A stretch of DNA of 64,000 bases from Octopus vulgaris. Its lineage: Eukaryota. Under the pieces are notes generated by a model, which saw only the letters and a list, made by a program, of their open reading frames with translations, had not been told where the DNA came from and did no database searches. Positions 15,171 through 30,020 of this stretch are shown here, one piece after another (the stretch's first letter is position 1; the number at the start of each line of letters is the position of its first letter). Position numbers and translations under genes: made by a program. Location of the stretch: positions 107,632,001 to 107,696,000 of the forward strand of contig OX597818.1 of the NCBI GenBank assembly GCA_951406725.2, in the 5' to 3' direction.

Positions 15171-15630
15171 ACCACCAATGCCAACAAATAAGCATCTCTG
15201 CCATTCTGCCAGGTGATAAGAACAGCCAAGGATCTCTCAAATCTTAGTCGTCCATCTCAAAAACATAAAGTACATATTAAATAATTAGGTCTTAAATAAC
15301 TTTACAGGCTGGACTGCCATTGGTCATAGGTCTGCGTCAACAAAGCTGATTTGTGGCAAAACAACAAAATGAGACTCACTCTACTCTCAACTCCCAAACA
15401 TCTTTATTTGATTTTTGCTAAAATGAAAGTTTTTGAGTTATCTCCCTTCCACCATTTGAGATTAATTATCATTAATTCTAATGTATTTTCTTCTGATTAT
15501 GATTATAATTCCCATTCATTAGCAGCTACTTTCCTCACACACTCCAGGTATAGCAGCCTGTACTTAAGTATTTATACAGAAAAATACCTAAAGAATTTCT
15601 GAATATCTTTGTGTGTGTGTGTGTCAGTGA

Positions 15631-15665
<35 letters not shown>

Positions 15666-16679
15666 TGTCTGTCTGTGCATGCATGTGTGCATGTGTGTGT
15701 GTGTATGGTGATGCCTGGATAATATTCACCAAGTACTCTCTGAAATTAGGAGATGGTAACTGGATGGAGTGTGTGAGCATAGTTCTCTGAGTTATAGTTC
15801 CCTGATCCTTCTAGGAGGGCAGTAACTACAATTAGGCACTGACTCGTATGCTGTTGTTATCATCTGCTCTAAAATCAATTCGTTGTCGTATCAGACTCGA
15901 TCACATATTGCTCTGACATCGACAAGGTATTGCAACATTATCAATTAGATATCGTTCTAATTATCAATTAAGCATTGCATTAAAATCAACTGAATTTTGC
16001 ATTAAATTAATTTTCTCCAATGGCAAATGAGGAATTCTGTTTCCTTATGATAACATTCCTCTTCAAGTTGCTAAGATGGCTTTTAGAAACATTGAAAAGT
16101 TTGGCTTTGAAAGTTTTCTTCTTTCTCCTATTTTCCTGGCTTCATTCTTTTATATCAGGTGATATTATTTATTCAGGAGTCAGCTACAATTATTTAATAA
16201 CAAACACACAATAATTTTTTTTTTTTTCAGATAATCTAAAATCCACACAGTACTTTTTTTTTATTTTTAATCTCAAAAACCACCTGATTTTTATAAACTT
16301 GACATTAGAAAGACTTTTTTTCTTATTGATTATCAGACTGATAAGAATGGTAATGGAAGAAATATTGTTTATTTAAAGATATCAACAGAAGTTTAACTTT
16401 ACTGACATACAGAACATTATTACAGGTGATTGTAAAAACCCATTCACAGCCACAATTCGAGAGTGCTGTACCTGTGGCCTGATTGGCTTTTCACAATTCC
16501 CTTGCAGCATTAGTTGCTTCCATTACTGCTGATTCAAGAATATAAATGTCTTGCAGCTTTGCAAACTTGCTTGCATTCCTCAACAAATGTCTCCAATGTT
16601 TATGACATAGGAAGGACATATTCAAAGAATAAATAAAATAAATCTCTTAATAATTTGATTGTGAGTGAGTGTGTTGGGG

Positions 16680-16805
16680 GAGGGCACATGGCTTAGTGGT
16701 TAGGGTATTTAGTTGAAGGTCATAAGGTTGTGAGTTTCATTTCTCTGGTTGCATTATGTCCTTGAGCAAGGCACTTTATTTCATGTTGCTCCAGTCCATT
16801 CAGCC
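16680..16805 (+). mobile_element. tRNA-headed SINE, decayed
   Basis: gggcacatggcttagtggttaggg...gtgagtttcatt...tgtccttgagcaaggcacttt. Confidence 0.6.
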
Positions 16806-17645
16806 AGCTGATAGGGGTTGAATATGAGTTTTATGAGTCCAATTCATAAAACTCTTATTCAACTCCTTCAATTCCTGATATCATTTCTATTCTGTGTACG
16901 AAAGACTTTTCTTTATATGTAAACATTTGTGCATTTTTGTATTAAACGTATTTAATATTTTTTGTATATCAACTTACCAAACTTTCTTGACCTCACATTT
17001 ATTCATGTATAAGTTCAGACCATGCTAATAGCTTAGGAGTGAAATTTAGGATTTCTCGATTCCCCGTGAATTGATTTTGATAAAACTTTTCCCACCTGGT
17101 TTGCACACAATGGCAACACCATTGTTATGTTTCTACTATTCTGTGTAACGTCCATTCTTTTTTATTTCAGATTCTTCAGCTTTTGGGTGAACCATGCTTT
17201 AAGAGCTTTTGAATGAAAATAACCCATCTAGACATTTTTTTTCAGAAAATGAAGGGTAATGATACATATTAAGCATACATTGAGTCTATATTTAACAGAA
17301 AACCATAATAATATTATAACATTTATTGATATTATGAACTATTTAGCCACATGAGCATCATTTCAATGAATAACTTCAAAACCCCTATTAGTCATGGAAT
17401 CTGTCAATTCCTTAATAGTAGCATGTTGGACTACCTCTGCTGCAGTTTTCATGGTCACCCATAAGACACCTTTCAACATAAATTGGCATCTATTGGCATA
17501 AACATCTTATTTAATGATGGACCAAAGATTTTTGAAAGGGTTGGGACCTGTGACAAATGGATGGCATCAGCATTTTGCAAAAAGCAAAGGAGACATATTT
17601 TCCTGGGCTTCATTGGAATATTAACTGCTACCAAATCTATATCTT

Positions 17646-17691
<46 letters not shown>

Positions 17692-17695
17692 CATT

Positions 17696-17738
<43 letters not shown>

Positions 17739-18093
17739 GGTGGTTGTTTACTCCTTATGCAGATTCTGACCATCTCTTGTACTTACACCTTAGATCTATC
17801 ATGGCAGCAGATGTGGCTTTTTAAACCAGACAATGTTTTGAAAAGACACTCACATAGATATGTGTAAATATGTCTATATCGTTTTATATATATTCTTATA
17901 TGTATATATATATGTATATTTTTACTTTATATATATATATATATATATAAATATTTAATTTTATTTATTAGGGAATCAAAATTCCGGCATAACAGGGGTT
18001 CAAATTATTCTCAATGAGAAAATACATATTTTTTGATGAAATTAAACTAAAATTCTTTTATATGGAGGGATAAAGGGGCCTACTATCTCTAAA

Positions 18094-18151
<58 letters not shown>

Positions 18152-18742
18152 TACATACACATTTATATACACACATATATGCATACACTTTTCACCTTAC
18201 TCGAAACCTATAATTAGTGAGGACCTGGCATCTATTAAGTGCACTGCAATTGGTGTAGAGTTTGTACCTAGCTGCAGCCTTGACACTCATGGTGTATAAA
18301 GTTGGAAGCTTGCAATCCGTACATGCAGCTGTAATGTAAATCCGTCTTTACCTCGCTATGAGCTTATATGTTCCTCCAATCTTGTTTTTTACACAATAGC
18401 AATTTCACCAGTGCTTTACTATTTAAGGGTCTGATTCACTTGAATCTGGAACTTTTACATCTATATACATATATACATATATGCACAGGTAACGGTCAGT
18501 GATAGTCTTCCTTTGTCATGAGTGTACACATAATTATGCAGAGTTTAGGATCAAGATACCCAGATAATTTGGATTTTCGCCGTTTTGACTGGGATTTTTC
18601 CAGCTGGGTCATTAACAATAGTAATAACCAGGTGATAGAATTCCTTATAAATATGTTTCAGAATAAAGCATCAGTTAAGTACAGATCAGTTATAAGGAAT
18701 TGAAATGTCGAAAGAATAAGAAATTGTGTCATGAATTTCATT

Positions 18743-18823
18743 AGCTTACAGCAGTTTCTGCAATAAGATGCAATATGCTTACATGTGAATGCTTGTGTAT
18801 CACACTATAGCTTCGTCAGAGCT
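18743..18823 (-). ncRNA. Type I hammerhead-like motif with extended stem II
   Basis: Minus strand: agct CTGACGA agc...gca GAAA ctgctg TA agct. Intact core and stem I. Stem III is one change from palindromic acagctgt. Confidence 0.55.
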
Positions 18824-21800
18824 TCAAAAATTGAAGTGCAAATATATATAGGAAAACAGTTACATTTATTTATACATATACACAGAAAGCATAACCAACA
18901 TTTAAAAAAAGAAAATATTAGTGTATGACAAGTTGTTATTCTTTTGTCCTTTTAATTCCTTATATTTGTCTATGTGTGAGTATATGCATGTATGCATGTA
19001 TGTGCGTATGTATGTACATACGTATATATGCATGTATGTACATATGTATGTGTGCATGTATGTTGAATAAGTGAAAAAATCTTTCAACTTGAATGCATTT
19101 AACAGGTTTACCTTACTCACACATACACACATACACATGTCTATTTAGATATACAAATCTTTAAGAATTTATTTTTGCGGCTCTGGCAACATTTAGCCAA
19201 AACACCAGCAATGGCCACCAATAAACACAATTGGATTCTACACAACCGTCTTCATAAACATTTATTTCTACTTATTTTCAGAGACTCACCATTAAAACGT
19301 AACTCAATTTATAATAGTTAATTCATTTTGGAATTTATCATTGTCTTCTAATGAAAAATAAAAAAAAAACTTTAATTTAATATTTTATCTTCATTTTTAT
19401 ATTGTCTTGTATTTTGGCGTTTTTTTTTCTATCTAGTGGTAAAAAGAAAACATAAAGAAAGAAAAAAATTGTAATAAAATATTCAGGTTAATATTTAGAT
19501 GACTTTTATCTCCAATTTTCTTTTCTTTTAATTTATTTTAATGAATAAATTATTATTTGTCAGATCATCAACAGACAATGGAACTTTTCTGGTGAAATCA
19601 TATTACCACCCATTCTGCTATTCTTCATGTTACATTAAGTTAATTAGATTCTTCAAATTGACAAAAAAAAAAAAGATATTGAACAAGAAAACAAAGAACG
19701 AAAAATATATGAGGAGTAATCATCAGCTTTTCTTAGATTCTCCACTCACAGATTCTACGAAATCTTGCAACAATTTAAATAGAAAAAGTTCACAAAGTAG
19801 AAAAAGTTAGAATGCAATGAGGAAGAGGAGAAAGATGAGATTTCTGACGGAGCCCTTCATCCTCAGAACACAGAGGAACCACTATCAACACTGAATGACA
19901 TTTTAATCCTTCAACATTCAGATTATTTGGACAAATCTAATCCTTATTTATTCACATTTATTCTTATTGCTTTGAGATTACAATGGTGTGATTGTTTATT
20001 TTTAAAATGACATTGTAAGGTAGGTGTGAGAGGTCGGATCTGGCCAGTTTGAAGATAAAACAGGGAGAGTGTTTTGGCTGGGTAAGGGAGTCAGTTTAAA
20101 TGTTGAAGGGTCAATATAGTCTTTTATCTGTTGTAGAAGGAAGAGGAAGCATGAGTTACAGCTGTAGAAAGAATCAATTGATGATGAAGAAAGTGGTTGT
20201 GTAAAGGGGAGGTGAGGTGTCAGGTGTGGGGTCTGGACATGCACCGTTGCTGCATCCGCCATTTGTTGGTATATTCCTGGGTCCTCTTAGGCAACCTGTC
20301 AAACAGAGTCCCAGTCAAACATCTCCACAGGATACCTCCACATCTGCTGTGACCATGTGGCATGTGCTCAACCAGCAAGAACCATCAGCCCAGCTGGATC
20401 TTCAGTGAAGAGAACACAGTAAGTAGGGTCTGATTTAGAAAATCAAACAGCATGGTCAGTCTGAGCTGGTGCTGTTGAAAAATACAAGTAAAAGGATGCC
20501 CCTCAGTTTCTGGGTAGAGTCATTGGGTGGATGTAAAATCCAATCCAATTGTAACTTCTAATTCTGCAAAGCATATCGCACCAAAGAAATTCAGGTGGCC
20601 CCCTAAGGGCCCCAGAGAGTCTCTGAGTCTCACAATTATAGAGCAAGACAGGAAAGACCAGAGACCTAAAGACTTAAAGCTAAGACTTTGATGGCTTTCT
20701 TCTTAAGGGGAGGCTGGCTGATAAATTTAGGGATTGGTCAAGAGCTAAGCTTAGAGTACAGAAAGGAAAATTGTGTCTAGTGGTATTAAGTGTACACTGT
20801 CACACACCACTGTTGTAGAGTGTGAAATTACAAATCCCTTAAAGAGAGGAAGACCTTTGTTGATACTGATGGACTGGGTGTTTTCCCTTGTATTCACAAG
20901 TGTTGAAAGAGCTATGGTACCTAATGGCTCCACAGTTTTAGGAGTGAAGTGGTAAATTGTAATGTCCAATTTTAGGTCTAAAGATTGCTTGGGTGTTGTT
21001 TGAGATGTTAAGTGTGGCATCAAGAATCAAAGACATGGGTCATGAGAATGAAGGAAGCTGCCAACGACTAAAATTGCTCATATTTCTTTTGAGAGAGAAA
21101 ATGAGTTTGAAAGATTGGAGCAGTTTGTGGCTGGGAGGGAAGGAAGTTTATAGCCCAGTGGATAAGCCATTGAAGTAGTAATGAAGACAGGTGAAAGGTA
21201 GAAGAAAAGAGATTTCCAGGGGAGAGATTAATAGAGCTGAGGATCTGTCAATGATATTCATGTGATGTTGAATATTAATTCACAATAATCCTAGCATGGT
21301 CTAAACTCATTATGGTTAAAACAAACCAAAGAACTATAAAGAATCCCAATTCATGTCAGACACAGTGTATCTAAAAATTTATTATCCAATGCATCCGTTT
21401 ATTTTTTAGATGGTAGGAGAGATTTCACTTCTATTTCTAGTGAGTTGAACAATCACATACAACTTTGCATTGGGCTGAATTTTTTCTTGTTAGATGCCGG
21501 AGTATTTTCTACTCTTTTTTGTTTGTTATTTTTGTGTTGTATCTTTGTGTGTGTGTGTGTGTTTTGCTTTTTGTTTTTTCTTGAGCTTTTTGTTTTTCAA
21601 ACACAGGACTAAGATACTGCACAAAGATATGTACACGATCATCTGTCTTGATTTTGTCATTTGAATTCTTCCTATGAAGAAGGGAATGGTTTCTTACTGA
21701 GACACAAAGATTCCTCTTCTGAATCTAGACATCAATAACAGAATAGAGACATTTGCTAATGGAAGTTCTTGCATGTTTACACTATTTCTCTGGCAAATTA

Positions 21801-22256
21801 AACTTGTAGAATATAAGTTAAATGGTCTGTTTCATTACCTGAAAATAACTAATTGTGATTATTGCTACAGATGTAGATTTATAACCTGGGAAATGAAGAT
21901 GTGGTTTTCAAACAAGTCATCCATGTCCTATGTGCTTAAGAATATATGTTTGTATGTATATTCTAGTTTATGTTTTCAAATTTCATACCTATGGAGAAAA
22001 AGCTAGACTCCCATGATGAAACAAGGTTCTTTTATTTGAATTTACATATAAACTAGACAGTCACCACGTATGTATCTGTGTGAATATGAACACATCCACC
22101 ACACATACACACAAACATCATTTACGATGGACACATAGGAATACTATATTTTTCCTATACACTTGTCTCTTTCTTCATACTCGTCTATACTTAGATATTA
22201 CAGGCTAAACTTCTGAAATGTTTTACATATATTTGCAGTTCTCATAATGAGTTAAT

Positions 22257-22460
22257 GAGCTGGACACATTGCCCGGCTCACCGATAATCGGTGGACCCGC
22301 GTAGTTGTCAAGTGGTACCTGCGTGAGTGGAAACAGCCACTCAGAATGCCTCCATGACGGTGGAGTTACAATTTCAGGAGGACGATTGGGATCACATGGA
22401 TGAGAAAGGTGCGATCTAGAGATGGATGTCCGACAGACTGGTCAGTCAAGGTGATCCAGG
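22257..22460 (+). mobile_element. RTE-1-like LINE C-terminal fragment
   Basis: Translates AGHIARLTDNRWTRVVVKWYLREWKQPLRMPP*RW, matching the RTE WAGH..R...RW...W.P...R..GRP..RW motif. Confidence 0.75.
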
Positions 22461-24170
22461 TAATAATGAGTTATTAGAATAAATTACTAATAACTCATGT
22501 CTTTTCTGGTTTTGTGAAACTCAGCTTTACAGAATTTCAGCTGAAGTAGTTAGTTATATAAACCAGGGGCCCAAATTATTAAAAAGTATAAATCTAAAGC
22601 TAGAATCTGCTGTAATATCTGTAATGTAAAATTTTTCATTAATTTGATATGGGTAGTTTCCTTCCCTTTTATGTTTAATGTTATGTGAAGGTCTGCTGGA
22701 GAACAGATTTCTAATATAGTGCACAGTTTCTGTGCACATAATGATGCACATAATCATCCGTCTCTGATTATTATGTTTGGTCTGTTGTACTTCCATTTTA
22801 CAGTGGTTTTGACAGGAATGGTCTTCCAGAATTCTTTCTTATTATGATTATGTACACAGGTAGGTGAGTATATATACATAAATGTATGCATGTATGTTTG
22901 TACATATCTACATATGTATATATGTATGTATGTATGTACATATATATATATATATAACTCTTCTTTACACTTCATAACGAAGACATAACACGATGTTTTT
23001 AGAAATTTGAAAAGTTAACACGAAACCGGTAATTTCTTCAAAAACTATGTCACTGTATGAAAAAATTTTATAACATTCTTCTGACATAATGACTCAAATA
23101 TATTTTTTAACCTTTTAAAACAAGCCTTCTGTAGTTTTTTCACTTTTTACTATTTTCTATATATATATATATATATGCATGTATGCATGTATGTATGTAT
23201 GTATGCATTTATGTATATATGTATGCAAGCATGTATGTATGTACGTATGTATTTATGTATGTATGTATGTGTACATGTATGTATGTATGTATGTATGTAT
23301 GTATGTATGTATGTATGTATGTATGTATGTATGAATGTGTGTATGTATGCATGTATATATATGTGTACATGTGCATGCATGTTAATGAGTATGCATGTGT
23401 GTGTGTGCGTGTGTGTGTGTGTGTGTGTGTGCATGCGGTAAGGGCCACTGAATTCTTATTATAACATTATCATTAAAACATGAAACGAAGATTGAATTGT
23501 CTTTGATCTCCAAGTAAAAGGAAGCCCTCCAGCTCAGCAGTGTAACAGGTTTTATATATAAATTAGTCTTCTCCTAGAGGGATGCCTTGACAAAGAGCAG
23601 GGGCTCCTCATTTGCAGTGGGCTTATTGTGCCCTCTGACACCAACCTGAATATTCCTGGTGCTACCTACTCAGTATATATACATATATACACATTACTGG
23701 ATGGCCACTGACTATTTTGCGTTACTCCTCTCTGTGAAAGATTCTGGTTTTCAACATGCAGGATGTCCAATAAATCACCCCCCTCACCAATCAAGCTATG
23801 TGGGGTTACCGGTTTAGTCACTGATGACTCAACCATGCAGCAGGAACTAGAAGTAGTACTTAAGACCAACCTGTCATAATATATAAATAATATATAATAT
23901 ATGTACACACATGCAAATGTATGTATGCATGTATATATGCATGTATGTATGTGTGTATGCATGTATGTATTGTGTGTTAATGCATGTATGTATGATTTTT
24001 GCTTAAGCTTTATCTAAGTTCTTCTTAAGAGAGTTTAAGCCAGTCACTAAGAAAGCGACAAAATTATTTGAGTGAAGAGAGTTCCCGGTGTTTGTAAATA
24101 TGTGATTGCATTGGTGTGTTGTACTGTGGATGCAGACATCTGAGTGTGTGCATCTATTCACATAAGAATC

Positions 24171-24470
24171 TCAGATGGAGAATTTTTGGAATGTCTTACA
24201 GATCTTCACTGTGCCACTTCCAGATTGGATCTGGAGAATCTGTATCGTTTTCTTTTGCTCTTTCCCCATGAAATGGAGTATTTCTAAGATTTTGTGCTTC
24301 TTTATTGGTACATAACTTATTGCACCTGTAATGCTAGGTACAAACGAGAGTTCATAGTCAGGGTACAAGAGCTGTAAGATCCACGTTTGCCATAAATGTT
24401 CTCTTTTTGCTGGACTTTTGATTGTATTAAGGTGTTTCGAATGTAATTAAGTTTTATCAGAAAGGATATA
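24171..24470 (-). mobile_element. Non-LTR retrotransposon C-terminus (restriction-like endonuclease type)
   Basis: KVQQKENIYG..YPDYELSFVPSITGAISYVP..LQIQSGSGTVKICKTFQKF, frameshifted. Confidence 0.6.
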
Positions 24471-24479
24471 AAAACAAAT

Positions 24480-25060
24480 GTGGATGGCGCTCTGGTTTTT
24501 GGTTTTGGCACTGGTCTCTCATATGATGCCCTTGTCTTTTTTGCTTTCTCTTGCAATCCTAGACCCATTTTTCAGCACCTGTAACAACGTGCTGCAGAAA
24601 TGACAGGTTGTCGCTCGTCCCTGGTTAGAAGACTGCTGCAGATGGTGGACCATTGTGTTTGGTTCTCGTGTAGAAGTTCATGTGGAACCTGACTTCCCAC
24701 TTTGCATGTCTTCTCAATTTGCTTGAGATGTTCATGGATAAGCCTTTTGAACCACTGCCAACTTGTACGAGGAGGATTCAATGCCTCTGAATACATTTCA
24801 AAAATGTTTTGCATTGCTTTTGTACTGGTACTTTTCTTTCAAAACTCATACAGTAAGCAATGGTGAATATGTTGTTTCATAAAGGTCTTATCTTCCAAGG
24901 GGTTAATTACCAAATTAACTATGAATGACTCACTCCTGGATAGAAAAGATGATATACCATTTCTAGACAGTTCCTGCCCATTTGATCTTTGCTCTGATGT
25001 GATTGGTTGGTTCCTGGTTCATAATGGTGATAAAACATAATTACTTTCTGAGCGACCTAA
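24480..25060 (-). mobile_element. Mariner 5' fragment with internal deletion
   Basis: TIR ttaggtcgctcagaaagtaatt plus TA at 25061-25062. Peptide QWFKR...IHEHLKQI..VPHEL..STICSSLL. Confidence 0.75.
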
Positions 25061-25393
25061 TACGTTCACATTTTGCAACTATATCATGTATGTATATATG
25101 TATGTATGTATGATGGAACTTTCTTTGTTGTTTCGGTTTTATTTACTTTTTGAATATCCTTCATGTACTGTTTTACAGTAGTAGCCAGAGCATATAGACA
25201 GGCGTTAATCTGCCAGAATGTGGGTTCCTCACACCATTGTAAATACTCATCACCAATTTCATTAACAGCTTTTAATACTGTATCTGGTGTTTTTTTTATT
25301 TACTTTGGTTGAGAATACTCTCTCGAAGAGAGAGTACTTCAAAGCCATGTATGTATGCATGTATGTACGTATTCATGTATGTATGTATATATG

Positions 25394-25425
<32 letters not shown>

Positions 25426-27019
25426 CATTTGTATGTATGCATTTGTATATATGTATGCGATGTATGTATATGACGTATTTGTATGTGTGTGTGTATGTAT
25501 CTATACTGTATATGTATACAGTACTTAATATTTTTCTCTTTGTCTTCTTTGCATCTGCATAAAGTTCAATATATATATATATATATAAATATACATCACA
25601 TCTCTTACTGTGTCTCTCTTGCTTATATAACTTCTTATCTACAATTTGCTAACCTACCGGTCTTTTTTAAATCTAGTTAATGAAATATTTCACGTAATGT
25701 AATGAAAAGAATGCTGATCATGCAAGTGAGCAATTCCTTTGTAGCTGGAAGAAACAGAATGGTGAGCCAAAGATCATTAGCCCAAATCTAATTATTATAA
25801 TATAGTCTTGCCACAAGTTGATACTGTCATCGATTGTTTTTCTTTTCTGATCAAGAATTCCATGGATAAAAATCGTATGAAGAAGAAACTATCTATGTGA
25901 GACTCTAAGAAGAGGCAAGAATTTGCAAATTTGCAAAAGAACCATCAAAATATCAGATGCGCGTTTCCATTTGGTATACATGGGGAAACCTCAAATAACA
26001 TGCAAAAGCTTACATTTCAGGGTGACAGCATTCTGCCTGGTGCAGATGGTGGAGGGAAGCTTCCACCAGACATGAACCCTACAGCAGCCCAGCGTCCAGG
26101 GGATCAAGAGAACAACATAGAACTGGGATCAATGTCACACGTAGGAGAATAACTAAGAGAAAAACACCTGTTTTGTGAAATACCTGTAAAACGTTTTGTG
26201 GTCTTGAGTTAGACTCTTTAAAAATGTCTGTCAGGTGTTAAAGATAATTTTGGCAGTTCCGCAAAACAAAACTGAGGTCATTTCAGTGCATCTTGTTACA
26301 CAATATTCTTTAAAAGTGGTTGAGAAATGGATGGACACTGATTGGTTTACTCACAAAAAGCAAACTCTATGTTTTGTTTCACTTCTTGGTCTTTTTTATA
26401 TCAGTTCAATGTTTTGAGAGATTCAAAAGTGGTTGCAAGAATTGTCTTAACTGTACAGACGTAATTTACGAATAATGGGAAACTTAAACTCATAAAAGCA
26501 CAATGAAAGATCTTTTCTTACTTAATTTTGGTTGTTCAAAGCTATTCTGTTGTTGGCCAAATGCAGAAAGAGAGAAACAGGCTTACTTTAATTCTTATTC
26601 AACAGTACCTCACCATTTGGAAAAACAAGGAGTGGCTTTCCATGCCTTTCACTTGTATCAAGGTTTTCGTTATCCAAATACAAATGAAATCAATTTACTG
26701 AGAAGGTGTTTGCCAAAAATTATACAATACTGGGGTAAGATTTATTGCTGAATGATCAAAAGGCAATATGTCTCAGCTCTGAGATACACAACAACCCAAT
26801 ACATTCTTCCTCGGTTCAGGTTTTACCAAAATTATTAGCTGAGATCATTGTAGCAGTCATTTTGTGATAACTGTTATGATCAAAAGAATCGATCAATTAT
26901 TCCCCACCACCCTTGTGATATGTAACAATGCACAGTGATAGAGGGGAAAGATTTATACAATCCAGAAAATTATCTGGAGCAAGTGCTGGAGCTTTTTCAC
27001 ATTCCTTGTTTTTGTAACC

Positions 27020-27540
27020 AAAGAGCACCATACGAGCGTGATCGTTGACAGAGCGGCTAACTGGCTTCCGTGCCAGTGGCACATAAAAGGCAACATTTGA
27101 GTGTAATCATTACTAGCGTTGCCTTACTGGCACTTGTGTCCGTGCTAGTAGGGTGCCTAGAATACCATCCGAGCATGATCGTTGCCAGAGCAGCCAACTG
27201 GCTTCCGTGCCGGTGGCACGTAAAAGGGCACCATTCGAGCATGATCGTTACCAACGTCACCTTACTGGCACCTGTGCTAGTGGCATGTGTAAAAAGATTC
27301 AAGCGAGGTCATTGCCAGTACTGCCTGCCTGGCCCCTGTGCCGGTGGCACGTAAAAAGCACCCACTACACTCTCAGAGTGGTTGGCATTAGGAAGGGCAT
27401 CCAGCTGTAGAAACTCTGCCAGATCAAGATTGGAGCCTGGTGCAGCCATCTGGCTCGCTAGCCCTCAGTCAAAATCGTCCAACCCATGCTAGCATGGAAA
27501 GCAGACGTTAAACGACGATGATGATGATGATGATGATGAT
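27020..27540 (+). mobile_element. RTE-type LINE 3' UTR/tail with ~60-bp tandem subrepeats and (GAT)n end
   Basis: Repeated gagcatgatcgtt..actggc..gtgccggtggcacgtaaaa units, then ggttggcattaggaagggcatccagctgtagaaac..gacgttaaacgacgatgat. Confidence 0.85.
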
Positions 27541-27870
27541 ATACTGATATATACACACACATACACAGGCTTAAAGTCTTAGTGACAAAGAGATAAAAAT
27601 GAAAACCATTAAACTTTTACAACCAAAACAAACAAAAGAATATCAGAAAATGTGTAAGAGTGAAAGATAAAGGGAATACAAGATTAGAATATAGACAGGA
27701 TGTATATTCACATACATTCATATAAATATATGAAAAGTATGTATTTGTGTATGTGCTCTCTCTCTCTCTCCCTCTCTCCCTCCCTCCCCCTCTCTCTCTC
27801 TATGTATATTTATATGTATATATATATATTTATATATATATATATGTATGTATATATGTATGCATGCATG

Positions 27871-27907
<37 letters not shown>

Positions 27908-27942
27908 ATACATACATACATATATATATATACATATATATG

Positions 27943-27976
<34 letters not shown>

Positions 27977-27987
27977 CATATATATAA

Positions 27988-28018
<31 letters not shown>

Positions 28019-28176
28019 CATATATATAAATATATATATATATACATATATATATACATATATATATAATTATACATATATATATATACATACATACATA
28101 TATATATATACATATATATAAATATATATATATAAATATGTATATATAAGTATATGTATATGTATTATATATGTGC

Positions 28177-28216
<40 letters not shown>

Positions 28217-28289
28217 GCATATATATACACACACACACACACATACATATGTATGTATGCATGTAAGTATGTATGTATGTATGTATGTA

Positions 28290-28325
<36 letters not shown>

Positions 28326-28616
28326 GATTTGATGTAATTACATACAGGGAGAGAGAGAGAGAGATAAAGGGAGAGTGAGAGAGGGGAGGAGAAATGCAAT
28401 GGGGTGAAAGATAAATGTTCAAGAGATAAAAATAGACTGCTGATGTTTTCGGAATGGACACAGACTGCAGGTCACACAGTCAAAGAGATGACACGGCTTT
28501 AAAAGACTGCAAATAGGAAAACCATTCAAACTGGCACTGTCATGCAAGATTGGTCTTTAAAACTGGTGCTGAAAGGAATTATGCAAGAACCAATGGCGGA
28601 GATGCAAAAGAGAATG

Positions 28617-28641
28617 ACGATGATAATGGTGGTGGTGATGG

Positions 28642-28679
<38 letters not shown>

Positions 28680-28755
28680 GTGATGGTGATCGTGATGGTG
28701 ATGATGATAATGATGGTGATGGTGATGGTGATGGTGATGGTGATGATGGTGATGG

Positions 28756-28804
<49 letters not shown>

Positions 28805-29188
28805 GGTGGTGGTGAGGATGATGATTATGATGATGGTGTTGGTGGTGGCGGTGGTGGTGATGATGATGATGATGTTGATGATGATGTTGATGATGATGTT
28901 GATGATGATGATGATGATGTTGATGATGATGACGATGATGATGTTGATGATATTGATGATGATGATGATGAAGATGATGATGTTGATGGTGATGATGATG
29001 ATGATGACGATGATGATGTTGATGACATTGATGATGATGATGATGATGATGACAATGATGATGTTGATGATGATGATGATGACAATGATGATGTTGATGA
29101 TGATGATGATGACGATGACGATGATGATGATGATGATGATGATGATGAGGAGGAGGAGGAGGAGGAGGATAATGATGATGATGATGAC

Positions 29189-29242
<54 letters not shown>

Positions 29243-29250
29243 GGTGGTGT

Positions 29251-29282
<32 letters not shown>
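28617..29282. repeat. Long (GAT)n/(GGT)n/(GAG)n compound microsatellite
   Basis: Read directly. Source of the poly-D/M/S ORFs. Confidence 0.95.
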
Positions 29283-29456
29283 CTAGCGTTTTAAGATTTG
29301 CAAAAGCATGCTGTTCAGCACTTGTGTACAGATATAAGAATTTATCTGTGTGTGTGTAGTGTGTGTGCATGTGTGTGTGTGTCTGTAGTTTTCGTGTGTG
29401 TATGTGTGCGTAAGTGTGTGAGTGTATATATATATATATATATATATACATGTGCG

Positions 29457-29756
29457 TAATCTTTTATTAAAACTGTCGCTCTGAGCTTGTCTCATATCTC
29501 AGATTTTGCACGAATGCAATCTTCAGGTGAAATACCTCCCGTCCACATACACACACACACACATATATATATATATATGTATGTATGTATGTATATATGT
29601 ATGTATATGTATATATAGTATAGTTGCCAACTAAATATGGTGGTCACACAGAGGACAACGCTACCGCAGCATCGTCCTCTATGGAACCGCATTGGCAAAT
29701 ATCCTTCATGATTCTGTGGTGCTACTGTTTACTTCTTGCTCAGAAATTTATTATTG

Positions 29757-29800
<44 letters not shown>

Positions 29801-29977
29801 ATCTATATATATATAGATATAGATACATATATATATCTACACATACATGCACACATACATACACATAAGGATTTATCTATGTGTGTGTGTATAATCTTTT
29901 ATTAAAACTGCAGCTCTGAGAGTTTGTCTCAAATTTCAGGTTTTGCAGCAATGTAATCTTCAGGTGAAACACCTACC

Positions 29978-29982
<5 letters not shown>
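29457..29982. repeat. Diverged ~90-bp direct repeat pair (29457-29545, 29892-29982), each followed by (CA)n
   Basis: taatcttttattaaaactg...ctctgag...aatcttcaggtgaaa.acct in both copies. Confidence 0.8.

Positions 29983-30020
<38 letters not shown>

Noticed and set aside
19730-19990. Acidic peptide-like stretch (ECNEEEEKDEISDG...)
   Set aside because: No consistent splice sites or reading frame, and no recognisable domain.
20000-21250. Possible decayed PLE reverse transcriptase on the minus strand (also 10250-10600 and a LINE-like stretch at 50600-51400)
   Set aside because: Only faint motif resemblance, too degraded to support without a profile search.
26021-26152. Possible terminal exon (tttcag then GDSILPG...ELGSMSHVGE*)
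   Set aside because: FQGDSILP also resembles the LINE RT motif FQGDSLSP and the flanks look like decayed LINE. No partner exons were found, so it remains unresolved.
27020-27350. Repeat-spacer-like array suggestive of CRISPR
   Set aside because: Units are diverged tandem subrepeats of a LINE 3' UTR, spacers are not unique, the context is eukaryotic and there are no cas genes.
28542-29451. 269-aa poly-Asp ORF resembling an acidic biomineralisation protein
   Set aside because: Pure GAT microsatellite, open in multiple frames, no signal peptide or clear splice context. Similar tracts occur throughout the window.
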